Shown here: in pieces, positions 56,619 through 64,000 of the stretch
Layout: each line of letters starts with the position of its first letter
Numbering within the stretch: the first letter of the stretch is position 1
DNA from: a virus
DNA: 64,000 nt
Reading direction: 5' to 3' (one strand)
Virus record (IMG/VR): IMGVR_UViG_3300021135_000003
Program-made: the position numbers and the translations under genes
The notes under the pieces: generated by a model
What the model saw: the letters and a program-made list of their open reading frames with translations, nothing else
What the model was told of the DNA's origin: nothing
Database searches by the model: none

Positions 56619-57160
56619 TGAGTAGCCGTATTATAGACAATCTGTTAGCATATAAAGTTTTACGTATGTTAGTAACAAACTTTGTTGATACCGATGCATT
56701 TAAACTCGGTATCATTGACGCACACGGTAATACATTAATTAAAACTAGCCAATTCAAAACTGATGCTCAACGTAATGCATATAATTATCTAACACGTTTA
56801 GTTTTTAATCTTAAAAAATTAATTAATAAATTTGGCGGAGAAAGTAGACTAAAAAGTTTTGCTGCTGCTCTTTGGTTAATTAAAGAAAACTATCAAAGCG
56901 GTTCAAGAACTACTTCTCAGTTAGAAGAGAAATTTAAAAAACTAATGGAAACTGAAATCCATTTAGTTGAAGAGGAAATTTTAGTTGGTAGATTCCTTAA
57001 AGAAGATGGTGATGGTGGCGCTGTAGTTGGTGGACCACCAGCCAATAATACATCTGGTCCAGTGGCAACGCAAGAGCCAAAGATTTATCCTAATAGTAAG
57101 AAGAAACCTATATTTGGATTAGCAAGACGTTCAGCACTGGCAGTTAAAGAGATTAAATAA
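56618..57160 (+). CDS. conserved T4-like hypothetical
   Basis: DAFKLGIID..G, RLVFNLKKL and SFAAALWLIKE motifs. Confidence 0.8.
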   Translation: MSSRIIDNLLAYKVLRMLVTNFVDTDAFKLGIIDAHGNTLIKTSQFKTDAQRNAYNYLTRLVFNLKKLINKFGGESRLKSFAAALWLIKENYQSGSRTTSQLEEKFKKLMETEIHLVEEEILVGRFLKEDGDGGAVVGGPPANNTSGPVATQEPKIYPNSKKKPIFGLARRSALAVKEIK

Positions 57161-57161
57161 A

Positions 57162-57605
57162 ATGTGGATTTTGTCATTTGTTCCTGATGCTTGGCTTCAG
57201 TTTGCTGTTTATTGTATATTGATTAGTGGTGTTGGTATGTATGTGGTAAGTTTCTTTTTGAACTTTATACCACCTGCATTACCATATAAAGAACCAATTA
57301 GAATTATGGGAACTTTACTAGCAATTGCTGGTATTTGGTTCCATGGTGGTGCTGCTGCTGATGCAGAATGGCGAGCGAAAGCTGCAGATTTACAAAATAA
57401 GATTGCAGTAAGCGAAGCCCAATCTAAAGACAACAATGTAAGAATTAAAACTGTTTATGTTGATCGTGTTAAAGTAGTTAAAGAAACACAAGTAGTAATA
57501 CAAGAAAAAATTAAAGAAATTGAGAAACATATTGATTCTCAATGTACTGTTGATACTCAGGTTATTAATATCCTCAATGATTCCGCAAAGAGGAAAGTGA
57601 AATGA
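57162..57605 (+). CDS. putative inner-membrane spanin (Rz-like)
   Basis: N-terminal TM helices, periplasmic coiled coil and a C-terminal Cys; coupled to a lipoprotein gene. Confidence 0.7.
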   Translation: MWILSFVPDAWLQFAVYCILISGVGMYVVSFFLNFIPPALPYKEPIRIMGTLLAIAGIWFHGGAAADAEWRAKAADLQNKIAVSEAQSKDNNVRIKTVYVDRVKVVKETQVVIQEKIKEIEKHIDSQCTVDTQVINILNDSAKRKVK

Positions 57606-57862
57606 AACTATTATTAATTGTTCCTGTATTATTATTGGCTGGCTGTTTAGCAACACCTGTGCAGAGAAGTTTTCCCGAGGTTCCTGAAGAACTAAAGGTG
57701 GCTTGTCCAGATTTGAATTTACTTGAACCGACAACTAAACTTAGTGAAGTTGTTTCGGTTGTGACTAAGAACTATGGTCAATATCAAGAATGTCAAATTA
57801 AAGTTGACGCTTGGATTGAATGGTATAAAACACAAAAAGAAATCTTTGAATCGGTAAAGTAA
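57602..57862 (+). CDS. putative outer-membrane spanin lipoprotein (Rz1-like)
   Basis: Signal peptide with lipobox LAGC; Pro-rich; ACP.L and NY..Y.EC motifs. Confidence 0.75.
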   Translation: MKLLLIVPVLLLAGCLATPVQRSFPEVPEELKVACPDLNLLEPTTKLSEVVSVVTKNYGQYQECQIKVDAWIEWYKTQKEIFESVK

Positions 57863-57863
57863 A

Positions 57864-58190
57864 ATGGATCTACCACAAGAGAGAATAGCAAAATTGGAAG
57901 CTCAAGTCGAAGGCATTAAAGATGATGTCGCAGCCGTAAAACAAGACATCAAAGAATTGCATTCTCGCATTACCACAGGTAATCGCGAGATTACTGATCA
58001 CATTGATCGCAAGATTGACGATCTAGCAAAGTCTGATGAAGACCAACATACTGCAATGGGTAAAAAAATTGATGCAATGAAAGATCGTATAGATTTACTT
58101 GAACGCTGGAAATGGATGATCGTTGGTGGTGCAATTGCAGTTGGTTATCTATTATCCCATATTAATATTTTGGATAAAATATTCAAATAA
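57864..58190 (+). CDS. coiled-coil protein with C-terminal TM (XhlA/holin-like)
   Basis: Heptad repeats followed by WKWMIVGGAIAVGYLL. Confidence 0.6.
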   Translation: MDLPQERIAKLEAQVEGIKDDVAAVKQDIKELHSRITTGNREITDHIDRKIDDLAKSDEDQHTAMGKKIDAMKDRIDLLERWKWMIVGGAIAVGYLLSHINILDKIFK

Positions 58191-58193
58191 AGT

Positions 58194-58222
58194 TTGCTTT
58201 GCAAGAGCATATGGGGTATAAT
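58194..58222 (+). promoter_or_regulatory. sigma70-type promoter for primase (possibly leaderless mRNA)
   Basis: TTGCTT-17 bp-TATAAT; ATG 8 bp downstream with no RBS. Confidence 0.75.
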
Positions 58223-58230
58223 TACTCTAT

Positions 58231-59262
58231 ATGCTCTATATTGATAACAAATACGCACAAATCCTTGGCACTCGTCTAAGGAACTTCAAACAAAAGAAAG
58301 ACTACCTCTGGAATTACAGTTGTCCAGTGTGTGGAGATTCTTCGAAGAACAAACTCAAGGCTCGTGGTTATATTTACCGTGGTGAGCAAGAGTTATTTGT
58401 TAAGTGTCACAACTGCGGTTATGGTACTAACCTTGGTAATCTAATTAAGTATGTGGATGCGAAACTTTATGATGAATATGTTTTGGAACGCTACAAAGCT
58501 GGCGCATCAAAACACCATGATCACAAAGACGTTAAACAAACAAGCGTCATCTTAGAAACTCCCAAAGAAGAATTACTTGAGGATGATATTCTCTCAAGTT
58601 TATCACGATTAGATAAACTACCATTGAATCATCCAGCAGTTGAGTATTTAATTAATAGAAAGATTCCAAAAGATAAATGGAGTCTACTATATTTTGCTCC
58701 AAAGTTTAAAGCGTTTACTAATTCAGTAACTGCTAAATTCCAAGAGCCAATTAAGGATGAACATCCTAGAATGATTATACCTTTCTTTACACCAGCAGGT
58801 AAATGTTTTGCTTTTCAAGGCAGAGCATATGGTAAAGAAGAACCTAAGTATTATACCATTAAAGTTGATGAAACACAGGAGAAGATTTATGGACTTGACA
58901 GGATTGACTACTCTAAAAGAATATATGTTGTTGAGGGACCAATTGATTCGTTATTCCTTCCAAATGCAATTGCTGTATCAGGAGCAAGTTTTGATACCCC
59001 TACTATTCGGCAGCTATTGGCTAATGCAACGATAGTAATGGACAATGAACCAAGAAGCAAAGAGATAACTAAGTTTCTTGAAAAAAATATTGAAGCAGGT
59101 TATTCTGTTTGTATGTTCCCTGAGCATATTGAACAGAAAGATATTAATGATATGATTTTACATGGTAATATGACAGCCGATGAGATTATAGATACGATAA
59201 ATACAAATACCTTCAAAGGAATGGAAGCAAAATTGAAATTTAGTACATGGAAGAAAATATGA
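58231..59262 (+). CDS. gp61: DNA primase
   Basis: CPVCGDS...CHNCG zinc finger, FQGR, VEGPIDSLF, DNEPR and KDINDM motifs. Confidence 0.97.
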   Translation: MLYIDNKYAQILGTRLRNFKQKKDYLWNYSCPVCGDSSKNKLKARGYIYRGEQELFVKCHNCGYGTNLGNLIKYVDAKLYDEYVLERYKAGASKHHDHKDVKQTSVILETPKEELLEDDILSSLSRLDKLPLNHPAVEYLINRKIPKDKWSLLYFAPKFKAFTNSVTAKFQEPIKDEHPRMIIPFFTPAGKCFAFQGRAYGKEEPKYYTIKVDETQEKIYGLDRIDYSKRIYVVEGPIDSLFLPNAIAVSGASFDTPTIRQLLANATIVMDNEPRSKEITKFLEKNIEAGYSVCMFPEHIEQKDINDMILHGNMTADEIIDTINTNTFKGMEAKLKFSTWKKI

Positions 59263-59414
59263 AAGTTAAGATGGTAAGTTATAGTCAAGCTGCCGATGAA
59301 TATGAATTCGATGGTTTGACTAATGTACAGGATTTAATTGCGTTCTGTGCACGTGTTAGTAATCCAAGCAATCAGTTCAACACAGAGACTAATAAAAATT
59401 GGGGCGAAGTATGA
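59259..59414 (+). pseudogene. thyX: truncated flavin-dependent thymidylate synthase (N-terminal ~44 aa only)
   Basis: MKVKMVSYSQ...DLIAFCARVSNPSNQFNTET matches the ThyX N-terminus, then stops after 51 aa; the H.SP.E and RHR catalytic motifs are missing. Confidence 0.8.
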
Positions 59415-61210
59415 CAGATATTGTGCATGGCATAAAGGTAGACTATTCTCGTGATGAATTGTTTGATGAGTTAGGTAAGTTAAGATTAAAAGAAAGTTAT
59501 ATGAAGGATGATGAAGTAAGCCCACAAGAGAGGTTTGCTTTTGTTTCAAATAAATTTGGGAGTAACCCTGAACATGCGCAACGACTATATGAATACAGCA
59601 GCAAGCATTGGCTATCTTATTCTACTCCCATTCTCAGTTTTGGTCGTAGTAAACGTGGCATGCCTATATCATGTTTCCTTAATTATATCGAAGATACTGC
59701 AGAGGGTTTAGTTGATAATCTTAGCGAAACTAATTGGCTATCTATGCTTGGGGGTGGTGTGGGCATTGGCTTTGGTATTCGTAGCGCAGACGATAAATCT
59801 ACTGGTGTCATGCCTCACCTCAAAATGTATGACGCAAGTTCTTTGGCATATCGTCAAGGTCGTACTCGCAGGGGTAGTTATGCTGCTTACTTGTCTATTG
59901 ATCATCCAGATATCATAAACTTTCTTGAGATGCGCAAGCCGACAGGCGATCAAAACATGCGCACTCTTAATATGCATCATGGTATTAATATCCCTGATGC
60001 GTTTATGCAGATTATTGAAAACTGTATGCTAGATCCAGATGCAGATGATAAATGGAATTTGATTGACCCAGCGTCAAACGAAATCCGTGAAACTGTTTAT
60101 GCCAAAGAACTCTGGCAACGCATTCTAGAAATGCGTATGATGACTGGTGAACCATATCTACATTTTATTGATGAATCAAATCGTAAAATGCCTCAGTGGT
60201 TAAAAGATAAAGGTTTACAGATTAATCAATCTAATCTCTGTTCAGAGATTATTCTTCCAACAGATGTTAAACGAACAGCAGTTTGTTGTTTATCTTCTTT
60301 AAACCTTGAACACTATGATGCTTGGAAAGATGATAAACTATTTTTGAAAGACGTTGCTGAGATGCTTGACAATGTTCTTCAATTCTTTATTGATAACGCA
60401 CCAAAGACTATTAAACGTGCTATCTATTCAGCCAAACAAGAACGTAGTATTGGTATTGGTGCTTTGGGTTGGCATGCATATCTTCAACGCAATAATTTGC
60501 CATGGGAATCACCAATGGCGATCGGCAGAAATAAACAAATCTTTGCTAATATCAGAGGACAACTAGATGAAGCGAACAAACAATTGGGATTGGAACGTGG
60601 TGAAGCACCTGATGCAGTGGGTACTGGGAATAGGTTTAGTCATCTTATGGCTATTGCTCCCAATGCTTCTTCTTCCATTCTCATGGGGAATACTTCTCCT
60701 TCTATTGAACCTTATCGTGCCAATGCTTATCGCCAAGACACTTTATCGGGTTCTCACCTAAACAAGAACAGGTGGCTTGATGAAATTATCCAAAAAGAAG
60801 CAGTCAATCATAAAGAAGGTTGGGCAGACGAAGTGTGGTCTAGCATCATTGCGAATGATGGTTCAGTTCAGCACCTCGATTGGATGGACGAGTGGACAAA
60901 AGATGTTTTCAAAACTTCTATGGAAATCGACCAGCGTTGGGTCGTCCAACATGCAGCAGACAGGCAAGTATATATAGACCAAGCGCAGTCATTAAATGTT
61001 TTCTTTAGACCTGATAGCAATATCAAATACATTCACGCTGTGCATTTCCAAGCATGGAAACAAGGTTTGAAAACTATGTACTACTGCCGTAGTGATAAGA
61101 TTGCTAAAGCAGATAAAGTATCTAAGCGTATCGAACGTGAAGTGATTAAAGAAATCGATTTACACGCATTAACAGGAGATGCTGACGCTTGTCTAGCGTG
61201 TGAGGGATAA
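59411..61210 (+). CDS. nrdA: class I ribonucleotide reductase alpha subunit (no ATP cone)
   Basis: PISCFL, QSNLCSEI, APNASSS, GLKTMYY and C-terminal CLACEG motifs. Confidence 0.97.
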   Translation: MTDIVHGIKVDYSRDELFDELGKLRLKESYMKDDEVSPQERFAFVSNKFGSNPEHAQRLYEYSSKHWLSYSTPILSFGRSKRGMPISCFLNYIEDTAEGLVDNLSETNWLSMLGGGVGIGFGIRSADDKSTGVMPHLKMYDASSLAYRQGRTRRGSYAAYLSIDHPDIINFLEMRKPTGDQNMRTLNMHHGINIPDAFMQIIENCMLDPDADDKWNLIDPASNEIRETVYAKELWQRILEMRMMTGEPYLHFIDESNRKMPQWLKDKGLQINQSNLCSEIILPTDVKRTAVCCLSSLNLEHYDAWKDDKLFLKDVAEMLDNVLQFFIDNAPKTIKRAIYSAKQERSIGIGALGWHAYLQRNNLPWESPMAIGRNKQIFANIRGQLDEANKQLGLERGEAPDAVGTGNRFSHLMAIAPNASSSILMGNTSPSIEPYRANAYRQDTLSGSHLNKNRWLDEIIQKEAVNHKEGWADEVWSSIIANDGSVQHLDWMDEWTKDVFKTSMEIDQRWVVQHAADRQVYIDQAQSLNVFFRPDSNIKYIHAVHFQAWKQGLKTMYYCRSDKIAKADKVSKRIEREVIKEIDLHALTGDADACLACEG

Positions 61211-61875
61211 TGATACCAGCAACTATAATTGACGACTTCTTTGAGACACCAACATTGGTTAGAGATTATGCTTTATCTTTAGATTATAAAAATACAGGAA
61301 TATTCCCAGGCACTAGGACTGACAATTTAAAAGATATAAATCAAAATCTGTATAATCATCTAACTTCAAAAATTGTATCAGTATTTTTTGATCTTTCAAA
61401 AGATAAACTTAATTGGGAGTTTGATATTAGGTTTCAGTTGGCTCCAGAAAAATATAAAGAAGGGTGGGCTCATACTGACGGTGATGTTGCTAATTTTGCT
61501 GGAGTAGTTTATCTCAATCCAACTGCACCATTGAATGGTGGAACTTCTTTATGTTATCCATCAGTTCCAAGTAATTGGAGAGATGAGAATCATACAGTAA
61601 AGACTATTTCGTTTAGAGATAAACTATATTCTGGTGATATAGATAATGCTGATGATAAAAGAGTTGAACATAATAGTCAATTTTATACTACGTTAGAAGT
61701 ACAAAATATTTTCAATAGGGCATTTATATATGACGGTAATAAGTGGCATAAAGAAAATAAATTATTTGGAGAAGGTAATGAATCTAGATTGACATTGGTT
61801 TTCTTTGCCAATATAATCACTTTTGGATCAACCAAATCTCCATTAGAAAAATGGAAAACAATTTCGGGATATTGA
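61210..61875 (+). CDS. 2OG-Fe(II) oxygenase-like protein (DUF6445-like)
   Basis: IDDFF, FPGTRT, HTD, AGVVYL, FNR...Y...H and RLTLVFF motifs. Confidence 0.82.
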   Translation: MIPATIIDDFFETPTLVRDYALSLDYKNTGIFPGTRTDNLKDINQNLYNHLTSKIVSVFFDLSKDKLNWEFDIRFQLAPEKYKEGWAHTDGDVANFAGVVYLNPTAPLNGGTSLCYPSVPSNWRDENHTVKTISFRDKLYSGDIDNADDKRVEHNSQFYTTLEVQNIFNRAFIYDGNKWHKENKLFGEGNESRLTLVFFANIITFGSTKSPLEKWKTISGY

Positions 61876-61876
61876 T

Positions 61877-62407
61877 ATGTTGAATATTGGTGACGTTTAT
61901 GAGATAGATACATTTCTTACTGAATCTGAAAGAGAAATCGTTGATAATGAATTTGAGAATCCTAGTTGGGAATTGAAGGGTGGTGAACTTGCATTAAGAT
62001 CTCATGGAATTCCAATTAAATCTTTTCTGTATAAAGAATTACAAGGAACTAAAATTGAAGATCTATTCAAATCTAAAGTTGAAGGTATTTTAAACACTAA
62101 AATAAAAACATCAAGGATTTATGGAAATGGTCAAGCCCATGGACAATGTGGTTTCTTACACTATGATGATAATGATGCAAACTCCCTTTCTGGAAGTTTA
62201 GTTTATTATGTTCATAAACAATGGCCACCATTCTTTGGTGGACATCTTATTTTTACTGAAAACGATACTGTTGTAAAGTCAGTATTCCCATATCCAAATT
62301 CCGCAGTTCTTTTTAATTCTGCTATGCAACACTGCCCATTGGAACCAACAATCTACTGTTTAGACATGAGAATAAGTATAGCATATAAATTTAAGGTAAT
62401 AGAATGA
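61877..62407 (+). CDS. 2OG-Fe(II) oxygenase (prolyl-hydroxylase type)
   Basis: NGQ..G..G.LHYD, W...GG, H and RISIAYK motifs. Confidence 0.85.
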   Translation: MLNIGDVYEIDTFLTESEREIVDNEFENPSWELKGGELALRSHGIPIKSFLYKELQGTKIEDLFKSKVEGILNTKIKTSRIYGNGQAHGQCGFLHYDDNDANSLSGSLVYYVHKQWPPFFGGHLIFTENDTVVKSVFPYPNSAVLFNSAMQHCPLEPTIYCLDMRISIAYKFKVIE

Positions 62408-63396
62408 TCACAAAAACAAAAAATAATTTAACAGACCAGCGAACATATTTTAAACCATTCAATTATCCATGGGCATATGATGCTTGGTTGAAACACGAAC
62501 AGGCTCACTGGCTTCATTCTGAAGTTCCAATGGCTGAAGACGTAAAAGACTGGAAAAAGAAATTAACAAATGAAGAAAAACAATTCCTCACGAACATCTT
62601 CCGATTCTTTACTCAAGGAGACATTGATGTTGCTGGGGGTTATGTTAACAATTACTTACCGTATTTCCCGCAGCCAGAAATACGTATGATGCTCATGGGT
62701 TTTGCTGCTCGTGAAGCATTACACATTGCTGCTTATAGCCACCTTATTGAAACATTAGGTATGCCTGAATCAACTTATAATGAATTTCTTGAATATCAAG
62801 AAATGAGGGATAAACACGAATATGTTACCGAACTCAGTTCGAAAAATGGTACTCTTGCGTCAACTGCAACGCACATCGCAGTATTCTCTGCTTTTACAGA
62901 AGGTATGCAGCTTTTTAGTTCTTTTATTATGCTCCTTAATTTTCCTCGTCATGGTATTATGAAAGGGATGGGGCAAATTGTTACTTGGTCTATTGTTGAT
63001 GAAACGATGCACTCTGAGAATATGATTCGTTTGTTTAAAGAATTTATTAAAGAAAATAATGAAATTTGGAACGATGAACTGAAGGGTAAGATCTATACCA
63101 TTGCTGAGCGAATGGTGGAGTTAGAAGATAAATTTATTGACCTTTGCTATGCTAATGGTGATATGCGCGATTTATCTGCAGCTGATGTTAAACAGTATAT
63201 TCGTTATATCGCAGATCGTCGTCTTATCTCATTGGGTATGAAAGGTATTTACAAAGTTAAAAAGAACCCATTACCATGGGTTGAGGAAATGATTAATGCA
63301 CCAGTGCATGGAAACTTCTTTGAGAATCGTGTAACTGACTATGCTAAAGGTGCGCTGTCTGGGTCTTGGAATGACGTATGGGGCAAAGCAGCATGA
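62404..63396 (+). CDS. nrdB: ribonucleotide reductase beta subunit
   Basis: FFTQGD, EALH..AY, EGMQLFSSF, DETMH and NFFE motifs. Confidence 0.97.
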   Translation: MITKTKNNLTDQRTYFKPFNYPWAYDAWLKHEQAHWLHSEVPMAEDVKDWKKKLTNEEKQFLTNIFRFFTQGDIDVAGGYVNNYLPYFPQPEIRMMLMGFAAREALHIAAYSHLIETLGMPESTYNEFLEYQEMRDKHEYVTELSSKNGTLASTATHIAVFSAFTEGMQLFSSFIMLLNFPRHGIMKGMGQIVTWSIVDETMHSENMIRLFKEFIKENNEIWNDELKGKIYTIAERMVELEDKFIDLCYANGDMRDLSAADVKQYIRYIADRRLISLGMKGIYKVKKNPLPWVEEMINAPVHGNFFENRVTDYAKGALSGSWNDVWGKAA

Positions 63397-63542
63397 TAGT
63401 AAAACAATTTCAATGTCCGTCTTGTGCGGCAGAAGGAAAAATTACAGTAAAGGGCGATGACTTTAATTTTGAAGATATTGTTTATTGCCCTTTATGTTCA
63501 GCTGATATTTACGAAGAAGAGGAACTAGAAAAAGATGAGTAA
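63393..63542 (+). CDS. small zinc-ribbon protein, 49 aa, absent from the ORF track
   Basis: CPSC...CPLC followed by an acidic tail; ATGA overlap with nrdB. Confidence 0.75.
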   Translation: MIVKQFQCPSCAAEGKITVKGDDFNFEDIVYCPLCSADIYEEEELEKDE

Positions 63543-64000
63543 CATTAAATTTGTGAGTAATGTTCTTTCGCCATCTCTATTAGAAATTATAAAAGATTTT
63601 TCTAGAACTGGAGAAGTCCGACATAGTTATATGAGTTGGGGTTCAGATATTATTAAGGATAGTAATCCAGTATTAGTCAAAGACCTAAACGATCAAATAA
63701 CATCTAGAATATCACAAGAGATAAAACAATACCTACCAGAATATAATAGCATTGGTTGTATGTGGTATGGTTGGATAAGAGGTAGCTACATCCCATGGCA
63801 TGGTGATAGTCATGTTAAGTTTGGGGCAACAATCTATCTAAACGAATATTGGGATGATGACTGGGGTGGTTACTTTGCCTATAAAGATAATAATGAGATC
63901 AAGTGCATAAAACCAGAATACAATAAGATGGTTTTTATTGAACCTCCAATCCAACATACAGTTTTTAATACCTCTTCAGTAGCTCCAATCAGAGAAACTA
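63535..64000 (+). CDS. 2OG-Fe(II) oxygenase, 3' truncated by window
   Basis: Manual translation includes GSYIPWHGD, TIYLNEYWDDDWGG and a distal H. Confidence 0.82.
   Translation, partial: MSNIKFVSNVLSPSLLEIIKDFSRTGEVRHSYMSWGSDIIKDSNPVLVKDLNDQITSRISQEIKQYLPEYNSIGCMWYGWIRGSYIPWHGDSHVKFGATIYLNEYWDDDWGGYFAYKDNNEIKCIKPEYNKMVFIEPPIQHTVFNTSSVAPIRET

Noticed and set aside
3774-61913. Numerous 60-150 aa minus-strand and alternate-frame ORFs in the track
   Set aside because: They lie inside or across well-supported plus-strand genes, lack RBSs and recognisable motifs, and look like shadow ORFs
33203-63396. Introns, inteins or homing endonucleases in gp43, gp41, uvsX or nrdAB
   Set aside because: The ORFs are continuous and of normal length, with no intein or LAGLIDADG/HNH/GIY-YIG motifs
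1-64000. CRISPR array, tRNA, rRNA, integrase or transposase
   Set aside because: No regularly spaced repeats, cloverleaf with T-loop, or recombinase motifs were seen, and the intergenic gaps are few and short
1-64000. Stop-codon reassignment
   Set aside because: Core genes are full length in the standard code, and TAA, TGA and TAG all terminate genes at expected positions

Overview
This is a 64 kb segment of an AT-rich T4-like myovirus (Tevenvirinae-like core, gene order like aquatic T4-like phages). Essentially all genes are on the + strand. Spanin-like lysis genes and IHF-consensus sites point to a Gram-negative, probably proteobacterial host (inference). The order is: tail and head genes (gp18-gp23, gp3), uvsY/uvsW, gp55, gp47/46, an early VWA + MoxR/CobS-like AAA pair, gp45/44/62, regA, hsp20, ligase, gp43, uvsX, gp41, a DNA-modification cluster, a late cluster of putative capsid-internal proteins, lysis genes, primase and nrdAB. 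Four things stand out. (1) A base-hypermodification cluster lies directly after the helicase: TET/JBP-type oxygenase, class II glutamine amidotransferase, amidoligase, GNAT, amino-acid:DNA-transferase-like protein and P-loop kinase. The oxygenase ends in the same SSLEDFF tail as the DNA polymerase, which suggests tethering to the sliding clamp. (2) A late cluster of His-rich proteins carries T4-type capsid-targeting N-termini and includes an apparent 956-aa polyprotein with many gp21-type cleavage sites. (3) thyX survives only as a deleted remnant that is still translationally coupled to primase and nrdA. (4) Regulatory DNA includes IHF-box early promoters with one box inverted, an antisense promoter facing uvsW, promoters embedded in CDSs, and apparent avoidance of CCGG. 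All functional calls come from motifs and synteny read by eye; no database searches were run.
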